DNA of 64,000 nucleotides from Candidatus Omnitrophota bacterium (GTDB lineage: Bacteria > Omnitrophota > Gorgyraeia > JAFGIU01). The stretch is taken from assembly GCA_016929445.1 (NCBI GenBank), contig JAFGIU010000041.1:1929-65928 (forward strand). Reading direction: 5' to 3'. Shown in pieces: positions 28,139 to 38,000 of this stretch; within the stretch, counting starts at the first letter, position 1; every line of letters begins with the position of its first letter. Under the pieces are notes generated by a model, which saw only the letters and a program-made list of their open reading frames with translations, was not told where the DNA came from and ran no database searches. The position numbers and the translations under genes are program-made.

Positions 28139-29199
28139 CGAAGCAGCGTTCTTCTGATGTGCCGGCCCATCCTCTCAAGCAAGGGCCTGGGCATGTTTTG
28201 AAAGAAGGCTGCCCCGATGCGCAACTGCGGGTGTTCCTGAGAAAGCGGGGGAATGGCCCGGATCTCATCGCGGATCAGATCCCATCCCAAATCCCATCTT
28301 AAACTTTCCTCCACACCCCATTTCTCTTTGAAGCGGCGCTGCCCGCTGTATTTCATAGGACCGAAATCCACGGCATCCAAGCCCATTTGGTGGGCCAGCT
28401 CAATGGCTTGCCAGTGGGCCAGATCATTGCATCGGTACTCCAGCCCTTCCTTTTTGGAGAGGGTGAAAAGAAGCTCCATCTGGTTTGCGGTGTATCCGGC
28501 CAGGAGCAGGGCGAGAACCGTGTCCTTATGGAATACTTGGATAAGAAGCAGATGGGTCTGGTCCAAGCTGAACCAAGTTTCGAAATAGGGTCTGGGATGA
28601 GGCGGAGTGCCGAAGCGTTTCATTCCTCCCAGATAGAAGGAGTAGAAAAGATCTGTGTTGGCCCTTGTGGGAGGAGCGGTGCGAACGTGCAAGCCGGAAC
28701 GTTCGGCCTTATTGAGGGCCTTCTTCAAAGAATAATGAAGCTCGGACTGGATCTCGACCAACTCTCTCAGGGGAAGTCTTGCATAAGGATAGGCTGCCGC
28801 CAGGGGCATGCTGTTCTCCAAGCCTTCGATTAAAGGCATCCCGATGAAACGAACGGATTTGAGTTCCAGTTTGCGCATTTCTTCAAGCAGGCAATGGCGC
28901 GCCCACATATCCCACCGGCGTGAGGATCCTGCGCTGCCGACGGGGAGCAGCAAACCGGGACGGGCGCAAAACGGAAGCCCTACAGCTTTAGCCTTTTGGG
29001 GATGGCGAACGATGGCCAGCTGGCACTCTTCTCCGGTACTGCAGCAGGTGCTCAAATAATGAGTGGCCAAACCATAAGTGTCTTCGAGCACATGGGCCAT
29101 GATGGGTTGGTGGAAGACAGATCCATCAGGATGAGTGAGAGCCGCACTCTGGACCCGCGTATTGGCAATGGAGTACTTTGGTCCGGGTCTCTTGAACAT
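28135..29199 (-). CDS. FemAB-like / GNAT family protein
   Basis: KKALNKAERSGL, MKRFGTPPH, NDLAHWQAI, DFG..…FKEKWG. Confidence 0.75.
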   Translation of the reverse strand: MFKRPGPKYSIANTRVQSAALTHPDGSVFHQPIMAHVLEDTYGLATHYLSTCCSTGEECQLAIVRHPQKAKAVGLPFCARPGLLLPVGSAGSSRRWDMWARHCLLEEMRKLELKSVRFIGMPLIEGLENSMPLAAAYPYARLPLRELVEIQSELHYSLKKALNKAERSGLHVRTAPPTRANTDLFYSFYLGGMKRFGTPPHPRPYFETWFSLDQTHLLLIQVFHKDTVLALLLAGYTANQMELLFTLSKKEGLEYRCNDLAHWQAIELAHQMGLDAVDFGPMKYSGQRRFKEKWGVEESLRWDLGWDLIRDEIRAIPPLSQEHPQLRIGAAFFQNMPRPLLERMGRHIRRTLLR

Positions 29200-29227
29200 G
29201 GACCGTATTTTAGCATAGGATAAGCCT
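29200..29227. promoter_or_regulatory. Back-to-back -10 boxes (bidirectional leaderless promoter)
   Basis: TAAAAT (minus, 29207-29212) and TAGGAT (plus, 29216-29221) in a 28-bp gap between divergent ATGs. Confidence 0.55.
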
Positions 29228-30478
29228 ATGAAATCCCGGACGAAAACAATTGTAGCAGTAGTAGTTGTGTTCCTTTTTGCCTGGGGTATCCGCTCTGTCT
29301 TCAATATTCTATTCCCGGCAAAGGGTGCGCTGGATACCCCCTGGTACACAGAGGGGGCGCAGATTCTGCTGCAGCCCGGCGGATTTATGCGGCTTGTGGA
29401 TATGGGATATGGGTATTATCTGGGACGGATGACCCATATTGGCTTTATCGCGGTATGTCAGCTGCTGTTCGGATTGCCGGCAACGGTACCGATGGTTCAG
29501 ATTCAGGCTTTCTTGAGCGCGGTCACCGTGCTCATCCTCTATTTCTCGGCCAGGCGCTTCGCTTCGAAAGAATCCGCTTTGGGCGCGATGATTCTCGCTG
29601 CGGCGCACATGCCCTTTGCGTTTTGGGCAGGGTACATCTTATCTGAGACAGTGTTCCTCCTATTTGTGGCGATTTGGGCCTTCTTTGCTATCCGGCTGGC
29701 CCAGGAGTGGAAGTGGACGAATCTTGCGGGCTTTCTCGGCTTTGCCCTGGTGTGTGTTTTTACCCGGCCCAATGCCTTGGGATATGCGGTCTTAGCCGCA
29801 GTATGGGTGCTTTGGGTCTGGGTGAGGAACTCTATTCAGAGAGGCTCCCGGGCTCATACCTGGCTGAAGCTCACCGTTGTCGCACTGAGCCTTTGTTATT
29901 TTTGGACCGTCTGGTTTACCTTCGAAAATATTAATCGCCCGGAAGAAGAACGCTGGAGCGGTTTCAGCTATATCATGAAGGATTACAATTCGAGGAATGA
30001 GAATTTCAAAGAGTGGTCCAAGCCGGAATGGGGTTGGTTGGTTTATACGGAGTATCGCAACTATGTGGTCCACGACATGGACGACAATGCCGAAAAGCTG
30101 CGAGTGCAGTTGCGGAAGGCCTGGATGTATTGGAAACCCTGGCGGGAATGGTTTTCACTTAAGCATAACGTATATAACACGTTCTACATGGTCCTGGCCG
30201 GCGGGCTGGGTGTCTTGGGGCTGGTGTTTCTCTCGCGCAAGCGCCCTGCATTTAGAGACTTTGTTTTGCTTGTGTTTCTTTACCATACGAGTATCGCTGT
30301 TGTAGACAGTCCGGGAGCAGACGGGCGCTACCGTTTGCCTTGTGAGTATTTGTTGCTTTTGGTGTCCGCCGGGGGTCTTGAGTGGTTGCGTTACTTTTGG
30401 AACAGTAAAGCAAAAGAGGGTACAACAAGGCGGGATAAAGGGAGTCTGCAAGATGAGGCGGGTATGCGCAGCGGATAG
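29228..30478 (+). CDS. GT-C fold membrane glycosyltransferase (ArnT/PMT, GT39-like)
   Basis: Multi-TM; DT.WY after TM1, ILSET, TRPN, RYRLP. Confidence 0.72.
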   Translation: MKSRTKTIVAVVVVFLFAWGIRSVFNILFPAKGALDTPWYTEGAQILLQPGGFMRLVDMGYGYYLGRMTHIGFIAVCQLLFGLPATVPMVQIQAFLSAVTVLILYFSARRFASKESALGAMILAAAHMPFAFWAGYILSETVFLLFVAIWAFFAIRLAQEWKWTNLAGFLGFALVCVFTRPNALGYAVLAAVWVLWVWVRNSIQRGSRAHTWLKLTVVALSLCYFWTVWFTFENINRPEEERWSGFSYIMKDYNSRNENFKEWSKPEWGWLVYTEYRNYVVHDMDDNAEKLRVQLRKAWMYWKPWREWFSLKHNVYNTFYMVLAGGLGVLGLVFLSRKRPAFRDFVLLVFLYHTSIAVVDSPGADGRYRLPCEYLLLLVSAGGLEWLRYFWNSKAKEGTTRRDKGSLQDEAGMRSG

Positions 30479-31074
30479 TAGACCCCGAGACTTTCCTTTG
30501 CGGCCAATCCGGCCTGATTTCCGAGAGCTAGAATTTCTTCAAACCGGTATTGACGGGGCCGCATGCCATTGGCTGCGGCGGGTCTCTTCATTAACTGGAC
30601 TCCGCGGCGGATCCAGCTCTGTGCATTAAGACAGGCCACAAAGAAGGTGCCGCCTGGCCGTAGCACTCGTCGGGCTTCGGCAAAAAGAGTCTGAGGCTGC
30701 TCCAAGAGTCCGATGACTCCGTGACATAACACGAGATCAAATGTTTGAGAGTCAAAAGGAAGGCTTCCAGCAGATCCCAAGGCCACCCTCAGGCCCTTTT
30801 GCACAGCGAGCTTGGCCATTTCCGGGCTGATGTCGATTCCATAAACGATATTGTTTTCAAGCAGGGGCCGGACAAAAAGCCCAGAGCCGCAACCGATCTC
30901 CAAAACGGCTTGCTTGCGGACTTTTCCAATAAGTCTGAACCATTGTTGGCAGGCAACATAGCTTCCCGCATCACGATAGTCGTTGGCCTCAGGCGTGTCG
31001 CCCAAGCGGTTTGCCTGCGAGTCGTAATGAGTTTTCCACGAGGCACTTGGAGATTTAACTGATGTTGGCATCAT
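30391..31074 (-). CDS. Class I SAM-dependent methyltransferase
   Basis: VLEIGCGSG, GIDIS, LPFDSQTFD, RVLRPGG. Confidence 0.85.
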   Translation of the reverse strand: MMPTSVKSPSASWKTHYDSQANRLGDTPEANDYRDAGSYVACQQWFRLIGKVRKQAVLEIGCGSGLFVRPLLENNIVYGIDISPEMAKLAVQKGLRVALGSAGSLPFDSQTFDLVLCHGVIGLLEQPQTLFAEARRVLRPGGTFFVACLNAQSWIRRGVQLMKRPAAANGMRPRQYRFEEILALGNQAGLAAKESLGVYYPLRIPASSCRLPLSRLVVPSFALLFQK

Positions 31075-31153
31075 TGGTTAGCTTCCTGGACAATGAACAT
31101 TCCCCATTGTACAGTAAACATATTCTGCAAGGGAGGGACTGTTTTTGGGCCGG

Positions 31154-31759
31154 ATGGAAATACTCTTTCGATTTCCCGGGTTATACCGGTTCAAACGCGC
31201 AATGACGCGTTTGTTTGCGGTTCGGAGCGGATGGGATCCCAGAGCTTACCTGGAGCAGGGACTGGTCCTGGATCTGGGATGCGGGCCGGATGAGTCAGAC
31301 ACGGATCTCTCTGGCATCAAACGGGTTGGGATTGATGTTTCCGTTCCCTTCCTCCGCGCGGCCAAGTGTTCCAGTCCTTCCGGATATTTTGTGAGGGCCA
31401 GCGCCGAGAAACTTCCCTTTGTGGACGGCGCGTTTCAGGCGACTTTTGTAAGCTGTGTTCTGCATCATATTCCGGTGGACACCCGCTTGATCATAGAAGA
31501 AATCCGCCGGGTGACGCGAGAGCATCTTGTGCTGGTGGAACCTCTGCAGTCTGAGAGAGGGTTTCCCAGATGGGTCAAGACCCTCTGGTGGCGCATGACG
31601 GACGGAGGGTGTGCGTATCTGCCTGAATCCGAGTGGAATGAGTTGTTGGCGGGTTGGGACCAGGTGCAGCGCATCGAAGAAGGCAGGCTGTTTAAGAACA
31701 CCTTCAGGTTTATTGGATCACGAACGAAAGACCCGGCATTCGAAGGGAGCGCACAATGA
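31154..31759 (+). CDS. Class I SAM-dependent methyltransferase
   Basis: VLDLGCG, LPFVDGAF, VLHHI; ATGA overlap with sqdB. Confidence 0.8.
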   Translation: MEILFRFPGLYRFKRAMTRLFAVRSGWDPRAYLEQGLVLDLGCGPDESDTDLSGIKRVGIDVSVPFLRAAKCSSPSGYFVRASAEKLPFVDGAFQATFVSCVLHHIPVDTRLIIEEIRRVTREHLVLVEPLQSERGFPRWVKTLWWRMTDGGCAYLPESEWNELLAGWDQVQRIEEGRLFKNTFRFIGSRTKDPAFEGSAQ

Positions 31760-32964
31760 AGATTATGATTGCAGGAGTGGACGGATACTTGGGGTGGGCC
31801 TTGGCGCAGCATTTGACCATGCGCGGACATGAGGTGAGCGGTTTTGATACTTATGCAAGACGGGATTGGGTCGCGGAAGTGGGTTCGCAATCGGCCACTC
31901 CGATTGTGCGCATGACCGAACGCTTGGCTGCGTTCAGGCGGGAGTACGGAGTCAATCTTCAGTTCCGGCGTCTCGATATTATGGATTACAATGCGCTCGC
32001 TTTGTTTCTGCGATCCGTGCAACCCGATGCGATCGTGCACCTGGCGGAGATGCCTTCGGCGCCTTATAGCATGATGGATGCGCACCACGCGGTTTACACC
32101 CAGTCGAACAATGTCTTGGGCACTCTGAATCTGCTCTTCGCCATCCACGAACATTGTCCAAATGCCCATCTTGTCAAACTGGGGACCATGGGAGAGTACG
32201 GAACGCCGAATATTGATATCCCTGAGGGCTTTTTTGAAATTGAGTACCGCGGCCGCAAGGCCACGTTGCCTTTCCCGCGCCAGGCCGGCAGCTGGTATCA
32301 CCAGAGCAAGGTGCACGACTCGCACAATGTCGCCTTTGCGTGCAAGATCTGGGGCCTGCGTTCCACGGATATCATGCAGGGTGTGGTTTTCGGCACGCGC
32401 ATTGAGAATCAGCCCGAAGACGAGAGGCTTCTCACCCGGTTTGATTTTGACCAGAGCTTTGGCACCGCGATTAACCGGTACTGCGCGCAAGCCGTTATCG
32501 GGGAGCCCCTGTCGGTTTTTGGCGCCGGGGGCCAGAGCCGTGGATTTTTGCCGCTCAAGGATTCCATGCAGTGCATCAGCTGCATTATTGAGAATCCCGC
32601 GCAGAAAGGCGAATACCGCGTCCTCAATCAGTTCGACAAGGTGTTTGATGTGACCGAGCTTGCTGAAAAAGTGCAGCAGATCGGAAAGTGCGTGGGCCTG
32701 AAGGTGGAAGTCAATCATATCGAGAACCCTCGTATGGAAGCGGAGTCGCATTACTACAATCCGGACCGGGAAGGTTTGCTTCGGCTCGGGTATAAGCCAA
32801 CCGAAGATATTGACTCTGAGATAGAGAACATGTTAGAAGATTTAATGCAGTATCGTGAACGTATCGAGGCCAGAGCAGAGGCTTTGATTCCCGATATCCG
32901 CTGGGACGGTACGATACGCAAGTCCGAGGTGATTCAACCCAAGACGGTGACTAGCGCAAAGTGA
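31756..32964 (+). CDS. sqdB: UDP-sulfoquinovose synthase (SqdB/SQD1/Agl3 family)
   Basis: GVDGYLGW, PSAPYSM, HLVKLGTMGEYG, GSWYHQSKVHDS, DIMQGVVFG, FGTAINR, NPRMEAESHYY. Confidence 0.88.
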   Translation: MKIMIAGVDGYLGWALAQHLTMRGHEVSGFDTYARRDWVAEVGSQSATPIVRMTERLAAFRREYGVNLQFRRLDIMDYNALALFLRSVQPDAIVHLAEMPSAPYSMMDAHHAVYTQSNNVLGTLNLLFAIHEHCPNAHLVKLGTMGEYGTPNIDIPEGFFEIEYRGRKATLPFPRQAGSWYHQSKVHDSHNVAFACKIWGLRSTDIMQGVVFGTRIENQPEDERLLTRFDFDQSFGTAINRYCAQAVIGEPLSVFGAGGQSRGFLPLKDSMQCISCIIENPAQKGEYRVLNQFDKVFDVTELAEKVQQIGKCVGLKVEVNHIENPRMEAESHYYNPDREGLLRLGYKPTEDIDSEIENMLEDLMQYRERIEARAEALIPDIRWDGTIRKSEVIQPKTVTSAK

Positions 32965-33875
32965 AAGTCTTAATTACCGGTGGATGCGGATTCATCGGTT
33001 CCAATCTCATTGACTACCTGCTTCCCAGGGGATACGAGCTCTCTATCCTCGACAATCTCAGCTCCGCAAGCGACGAATACGCGCGCGCCCAAAATGTCCC
33101 TGTCCAAGCCGGCGATATCCTGGATGACAATGCACTGAGTCAGAGCCTGGCCAATGTGGAATCGGTCGTGCATTTGGCCGCGCTGACCAGTGTGCCCGAT
33201 TCTATGGCGGATCCGTTGAGTAATTTCCGTGTCAATGTGGAAGGGACGTGGAAGGTGCTGGAAGCCTGCCGCACAGCCGGGGTGACACGCTTTGTTTTTG
33301 CCAGTTCCAACGCGGCCGTGGGGGAGCAGGAACCCCCGATCCGGGAGGACATTTTGCCGGCGCCCAAATCGCCTTACGGCGCGAGCAAGCTCATGGGAGA
33401 GGCGCTGGTCAGGAGCTATGCCGAGGCCTACGGGATCCAGGCCCTTTCCCTGCGTTTTGCCAATGTGTTCGGGCCCCATGCGGAGACCAAGGGAGCGGTT
33501 GTCGCGGCTTTTCAACGCAGTATTAAGCAGGGTAAACAGCTCACTATCTACGGGGACGGGGAACAGACCCGCGATTTTGTGCACGCTGCAGATATTGCGC
33601 AGGCCATCGAATTGGGCTTACAGAAGGGCGGCCACGGGCAGGTGTATCAGATTGCCAGCGGGAAAGAGACCTCCATTTTGGAACTGGCCATGAAGATTCT
33701 GAACCTGCACGGCAAAAACTACAAAGAAGGGGTGTGTTTTGCAGAGGCCCGGCCGGGAGATATTCTGCGCAATTACTCGGATATCGGCAGGGCAAGCGCG
33801 GAATTAGGATATGAGCCCAAAGAAGACCTCTGGTCCTTCCTAGAAGAATCCAAGATGCAGCCGAGCGGCTTCTGA
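32961..33875 (+). CDS. NAD-dependent epimerase/dehydratase (UDP-glucose 4-epimerase-like)
   Basis: TGGCGFIGS, SPYGASK, LRFANVFGP, GDGEQTRDF. Confidence 0.88.
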   Translation: MKVLITGGCGFIGSNLIDYLLPRGYELSILDNLSSASDEYARAQNVPVQAGDILDDNALSQSLANVESVVHLAALTSVPDSMADPLSNFRVNVEGTWKVLEACRTAGVTRFVFASSNAAVGEQEPPIREDILPAPKSPYGASKLMGEALVRSYAEAYGIQALSLRFANVFGPHAETKGAVVAAFQRSIKQGKQLTIYGDGEQTRDFVHAADIAQAIELGLQKGGHGQVYQIASGKETSILELAMKILNLHGKNYKEGVCFAEARPGDILRNYSDIGRASAELGYEPKEDLWSFLEESKMQPSGF

Positions 33876-34151
33876 CATCATATTTTTGTCCCAGGGCGGT
33901 TCCCATACAAGTTCAACACGAGCTACGGCCACTCCCTCCACTCTCTCTGCAGCGCGCTGGACCGCAGGCGGGATGCTCTGTGCTTCGGGACAGGCCGGGG
34001 AAGTGAGGGTCATCCTGATGTCGACCTCACCCTCATCGTTGATCTCCAATCCGTAGATCAGACCCAATTCATAAATATCAATCGGAATCTCGGGATCGTA
34101 AACAGTCTTTAAAGCTTGCACAATATGGTCTTTGAGTTGTTCCTTATCCAT
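33840..34151 (-). CDS. sufT: SUF system Fe-S assembly protein (DUF59)
   Basis: VYDPEIPIDIYELGLIY, MTLTSPACP, VWEPPW. Confidence 0.9.
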   Translation of the reverse strand: MDKEQLKDHIVQALKTVYDPEIPIDIYELGLIYGLEINDEGEVDIRMTLTSPACPEAQSIPPAVQRAAERVEGVAVARVELVWEPPWDKNMMSEAARLHLGFF

Positions 34152-34173
34152 TAGACTATCTCTCTAAAGGTTC

Positions 34174-34617
34174 TCATTCGGTTGAAACCGGGTCTTCTTG
34201 ATTCTCGAGGGCTGCCCGCAGCGTGTGCCAGGCGAGAGTGGCGCATTTGACGCGGGACGGAAATTCCCGAACCCCTCCGAAGACTGCGAGTTTTCCCAGG
34301 TTCTCGCTGATCTCGGCATTGCCCGTAACCACGTTGTGAAATGTCTCAAAAAGTGTTGCAGCCTCCTCCACGGACTTGCCTTTGAGGAGTGTGGTCATTA
34401 AGGAAGAAGACGCAGTGGAGATGGCGCAGCCTGAGCCTTCGAACTTGATATCCTCGATTATCCCGTCCTTTACCAAGAGATAGACCGTGATCTTATCCCC
34501 GCACAGGGGGTTGTCTCCGTGTGCGCAGTGATTGGCCTTGTCTATCTTGCCGAAATTCCGGGGCTTCTTGTTGTGGTCCAGGATGACTTCCTGGTAGAGA
34601 TCGCGCAGACCGGACAT
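34174..34617 (-). CDS. sufU: SUF system NifU-family scaffold / sulfur transfer protein
   Basis: LYQEVILDH, NPLCGD, GCAISTAS, RVKCATL. Confidence 0.92.
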   Translation of the reverse strand: MSGLRDLYQEVILDHNKKPRNFGKIDKANHCAHGDNPLCGDKITVYLLVKDGIIEDIKFEGSGCAISTASSSLMTTLLKGKSVEEAATLFETFHNVVTGNAEISENLGKLAVFGGVREFPSRVKCATLAWHTLRAALENQEDPVSTE

Positions 34618-35840
34618 TAGGCAAAAACCTCGCTGACCTTCTGAATTCCCCGAACCAGGGCATCGATTTCTTGAACCGTGTTGTAGAGTCCGAAAGAGGC
34701 GCGGGCCGAGGCCGGAATGCCGTAATGATCCATTACGGGTTGAGTGCAGTGGTGCCCGCTTCGAATGGCAATCCCTTCCTGGTCGAGAATCGTCCCCACA
34801 TCATGGGCGTGGGCCCCCTCAATGACAAAGGAAAGGACGCCGGCTTTTTGTTCGGCCGTCCCGATCAAACGCACACCCTTTAAAGCACTGATACGGGCCG
34901 TGGCATGCTGAAGGAGCTCGGATTCATGTGCGGCAATGGCTTCCAGACCCAGGCTCTTCAGATAATCAACGGCTGCGCCCAGACCGATACTGCCCGCAAT
35001 ATTCGGTGTTCCGGCCTCGAACTTGTAGGGCAGATCGTTGTATGTGGTTTTTTCAAAAGACACCGAGCGGATCATGTCTCCTCCGCCTTGGTAGGGCGGG
35101 AGTCTATCCAGCCATTCGGTCTTGGCATAGAGCACGCCGATTCCCGTGGGGCCGTAAAGTTTGTGTCCGGAAAGCACAAAAAAGTCACAGTCGAGTTCCC
35201 GGACGTTGACCCTAAAATGGGGAGCGGATTGCGCACCGTCAATCAGCACGGGGATGCCGCGGGCATGGGCTCGTTGAATAATTTCTTCAATAGGATTAAT
35301 GGTGCCCAGGGAATTAGATAGGTGCACCACAGAAACCAGCTTGGTCTTCTCGTTCAAGGCCTTATCGAACTCATCCAAGAGGAGTGTACCGCTTTGGTCA
35401 AAGGGGACTATCCGCAGCTTGACGCCGGTCTCATCGCGCAAAATCTGCCAGGGCACGATGTTGGAGTGGTGTTCCATTTCGGTGATGAGTATTTCATCCC
35501 CGGGGCGGAGTAAGGAGCGGCCCAGGCTGTGGGCCACAAGGTTGATGGCCTCTGTGGCGCCGCGCACAAACACGATTTCATGCGCGTGTTGTGCGCCGAG
35601 AAAGTCTTGAACTTTCTGCCGCGAAGTCTCGTAGGAGGCTGTGGCACGCTCGCTCAAAGTGTGTACGCCGCGATGAATATTGGCGTTGTCTTGGGTGTAG
35701 TAGTTCTCCAGGGCATCAAGGACCTGACGGGGCTTTTGGGTGGTGGCGGCGTTGTCCAGGTACACGAGCGGGTGGCCGTGCACTTGTTGGTGCAATATGG
35801 GGAAGTCCCGGCGGATTTGTGCAATATTCAAGGCGTTCAT
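34617..35840 (-). CDS. sufS: Cysteine desulfurase
   Basis: YLDNAATTQKP, EHHSN, SGHK, RSGHHCTQP. Confidence 0.95.
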   Translation of the reverse strand: MNALNIAQIRRDFPILHQQVHGHPLVYLDNAATTQKPRQVLDALENYYTQDNANIHRGVHTLSERATASYETSRQKVQDFLGAQHAHEIVFVRGATEAINLVAHSLGRSLLRPGDEILITEMEHHSNIVPWQILRDETGVKLRIVPFDQSGTLLLDEFDKALNEKTKLVSVVHLSNSLGTINPIEEIIQRAHARGIPVLIDGAQSAPHFRVNVRELDCDFFVLSGHKLYGPTGIGVLYAKTEWLDRLPPYQGGGDMIRSVSFEKTTYNDLPYKFEAGTPNIAGSIGLGAAVDYLKSLGLEAIAAHESELLQHATARISALKGVRLIGTAEQKAGVLSFVIEGAHAHDVGTILDQEGIAIRSGHHCTQPVMDHYGIPASARASFGLYNTVQEIDALVRGIQKVSEVFA

Positions 35841-37186
35841 CCGACGCTTTCAAAAATACGGGCACTGGGCATGCAGCGGGGCAGTGTCTTCCAGTGCAGG
35901 TGATCGGCCAGCAGCGGGATCTGGACCCGCTCCAGCAACTCAGAAGCAAACGCGAGAGTCAGAATATGGCGTGCAGCGTTCGCTCCCACTCCGCGAGAGC
36001 GCAGATAAAACAGCGCGTCTTCATCCAATTGGCCCACTGTGGCGCCGTGCGAACACTTCACATCATTCGCGTAAATCTCCAGCTCCGGCTTGGTATCGAT
36101 CTGCGCGTCCTCCGAGAGCAGCAGGTTGCGGTTTTCCTGGCGTGCATCCGTTCCCTGGGAATCAGGTCTTACCATGACCTTGCCGTTAAAAACAGCGCGC
36201 GACTTGCCGTTCAAAATGCCTTTGTAAAATTCGTGGCTGGTGCACCGCGGACTGATATGGTCTATGAGCGTGTGGTTGTCTAAATGTTGTGTGCCACGCG
36301 AGCTATACAGACCGTATAAAGAACATTTGGCGCCCTCTTCCGTTAATCGCACGTTTAGATCTGTGCGGGCGAGAGCGGATCCTGTACAAAAATTATGAGA
36401 TACGTAGTTTGAGTTCGAGGCTTGCTTCACCTCAATAAGGTTTGTGTGATAGGCGGTAACGCTCTCTTCTTGCAGGAGGTAGTGCTCAATTGAGGAATTG
36501 TCGTCCAAGACGAGCTCGCACACACAATTGGCCCAATAGTGTGAATCCAAACCATCCACATGATATTGGATGAGCGAGGCCTCGGAGCCCGGGCTGGCTA
36601 CCACCAGGACGCGCGGAAAGGTGACGAGCATATCTTTTTTACCGCCGGAAGCAAAAACGATTTGGATGGGTTCGTGCACAATGGTGCCGGGTGCGATGTG
36701 GACAAAGGCGCCATCCGTCCAAAAGGCGGTGTTGAGCGCAACCAGGGCATTTCCTTGGCAAGGCGCGACGTGCGTCATGTAATTATCCACAGCGACCGGG
36801 CTGTTTTTGAAGGCAATGGAAAGAGGGCAGACTGTTACACCAGGCGGTAGTTCGTTCAGCCGGGACTGTGCCGCGTTGAAGACTCCGTTGATAAAGACCA
36901 GACGGTGGCCCGGGAGTTCCGCTGCTGTCTTGTCCTGCAGATCGCTTAGGTCAAAGCCCTCTTGGTCTAAGGTTGCCGCGGGGATAAAGGGGGTGTGTGC
37001 CAGTGCGGCGAGGTTGGTATATTTCCAATTCTCCTCCCGGATCGTGGGGAAGCCCAGTCCGGCAAAATGCTCAATAGCCGCCTTACGCAGCGGACGGGCC
37101 CAATCCGGCGAGATTTCCATGAGATGGGATTCCATCTGTGCAAAGTGCTCGGTGTAGCGATCCTGTGCGTCGAGTTTATTGATCAT
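35837..37186 (-). CDS. sufD: Fe-S cluster assembly protein
   Basis: ENWKYT, KPELEIYANDVKCSHGAT, FYLRSRG. Confidence 0.93.
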   Translation of the reverse strand: MINKLDAQDRYTEHFAQMESHLMEISPDWARPLRKAAIEHFAGLGFPTIREENWKYTNLAALAHTPFIPAATLDQEGFDLSDLQDKTAAELPGHRLVFINGVFNAAQSRLNELPPGVTVCPLSIAFKNSPVAVDNYMTHVAPCQGNALVALNTAFWTDGAFVHIAPGTIVHEPIQIVFASGGKKDMLVTFPRVLVVASPGSEASLIQYHVDGLDSHYWANCVCELVLDDNSSIEHYLLQEESVTAYHTNLIEVKQASNSNYVSHNFCTGSALARTDLNVRLTEEGAKCSLYGLYSSRGTQHLDNHTLIDHISPRCTSHEFYKGILNGKSRAVFNGKVMVRPDSQGTDARQENRNLLLSEDAQIDTKPELEIYANDVKCSHGATVGQLDEDALFYLRSRGVGANAARHILTLAFASELLERVQIPLLADHLHWKTLPRCMPSARIFESVG

Positions 37187-37944
37187 GAGTTGACGTTTGC
37201 CGCTTCTTCTTCGATCCAGGCATAGCCCTTTTCTTCAAGCTCCATGGCCAGTTCTTTGCCGCCTGACTTCACAATCCTGCCGTGATACAAAACATGCACG
37301 AAATCAGGCACCAGATAGTTGAGCAGGCGCTGGTAGTGTGTGATGACGAGCACGCTATGGGCCGCGCTCCGCAAACGATTGACTCCATTGGCCACCACGC
37401 GCAAGGCATCGATATCCAGACCGGAGTCGGTTTCGTCCAAAATGGCGAGCTTGGGTTCCAGGACCGCCATCTGAAAAATTTCGTTGCGTTTCTTCTCACC
37501 CCCGGAAAATCCGCAGTTTACGGGCCGGTTGAGGAAGCCCTCGTCCAGATTCACCCACTTGATCTTTTCTTTGACCAGGGCCAGAAAATCCATGGCGTCC
37601 ATCTCTTCTTCACCGCGATGCTTGTGTAACGCATTGACTGCGGCCTTGAGAAAATAGGTGTTGCTCACACCGGCAATTTCCGTGGGGTACTGAAAGGCGA
37701 GGAAGAGGCCGGCGCGGGCGCGTTCCTCCGGGGCCATGGATAAGAGATCTTTTCCCTCAAAAAGGACCCGGCCTTGGGTTACTTCATAAGCACTGCGGCC
37801 GGCCAGAACATTGGACAGGGTGCTTTTTCCGGAACCGTTCGGGCCCATGATGCAATGCACCTCGCCCGGGCCAATCTTCAGGTCAATGCCGCGTAATATT
37901 TGATTTCCATCGATGGATGCGTTTAGGTTCTTAATTTCCAGCAT
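37183..37944 (-). CDS. sufC: Fe-S cluster assembly ATPase
   Basis: GPNGSGKST, FSGGEKKRNE, LDETDSGLDIDAL; SD GGAG before ATG 37944. Confidence 0.95.
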   Translation of the reverse strand: MLEIKNLNASIDGNQILRGIDLKIGPGEVHCIMGPNGSGKSTLSNVLAGRSAYEVTQGRVLFEGKDLLSMAPEERARAGLFLAFQYPTEIAGVSNTYFLKAAVNALHKHRGEEEMDAMDFLALVKEKIKWVNLDEGFLNRPVNCGFSGGEKKRNEIFQMAVLEPKLAILDETDSGLDIDALRVVANGVNRLRSAAHSVLVITHYQRLLNYLVPDFVHVLYHGRIVKSGGKELAMELEEKGYAWIEEEAANVNS

Positions 37945-37977
37945 GGTGTTCTCCATAATCGTTGCTAAAAGAGACTC

Positions 37978-37993
37978 CGTCATCGCGATGACG
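37978..37993. repeat. 16-bp palindrome between sufB and sufC, related to the gtcatcgcaatgac REP-like motif at 18137
   Basis: cgtcatcgcgatgacg. Confidence 0.5.
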
Positions 37994-38000
37994 CTACGCG

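Noticed and set aside
31465-32751. 428-aa minus-strand ORF
   Set aside because: Antisense shadow of sqdB
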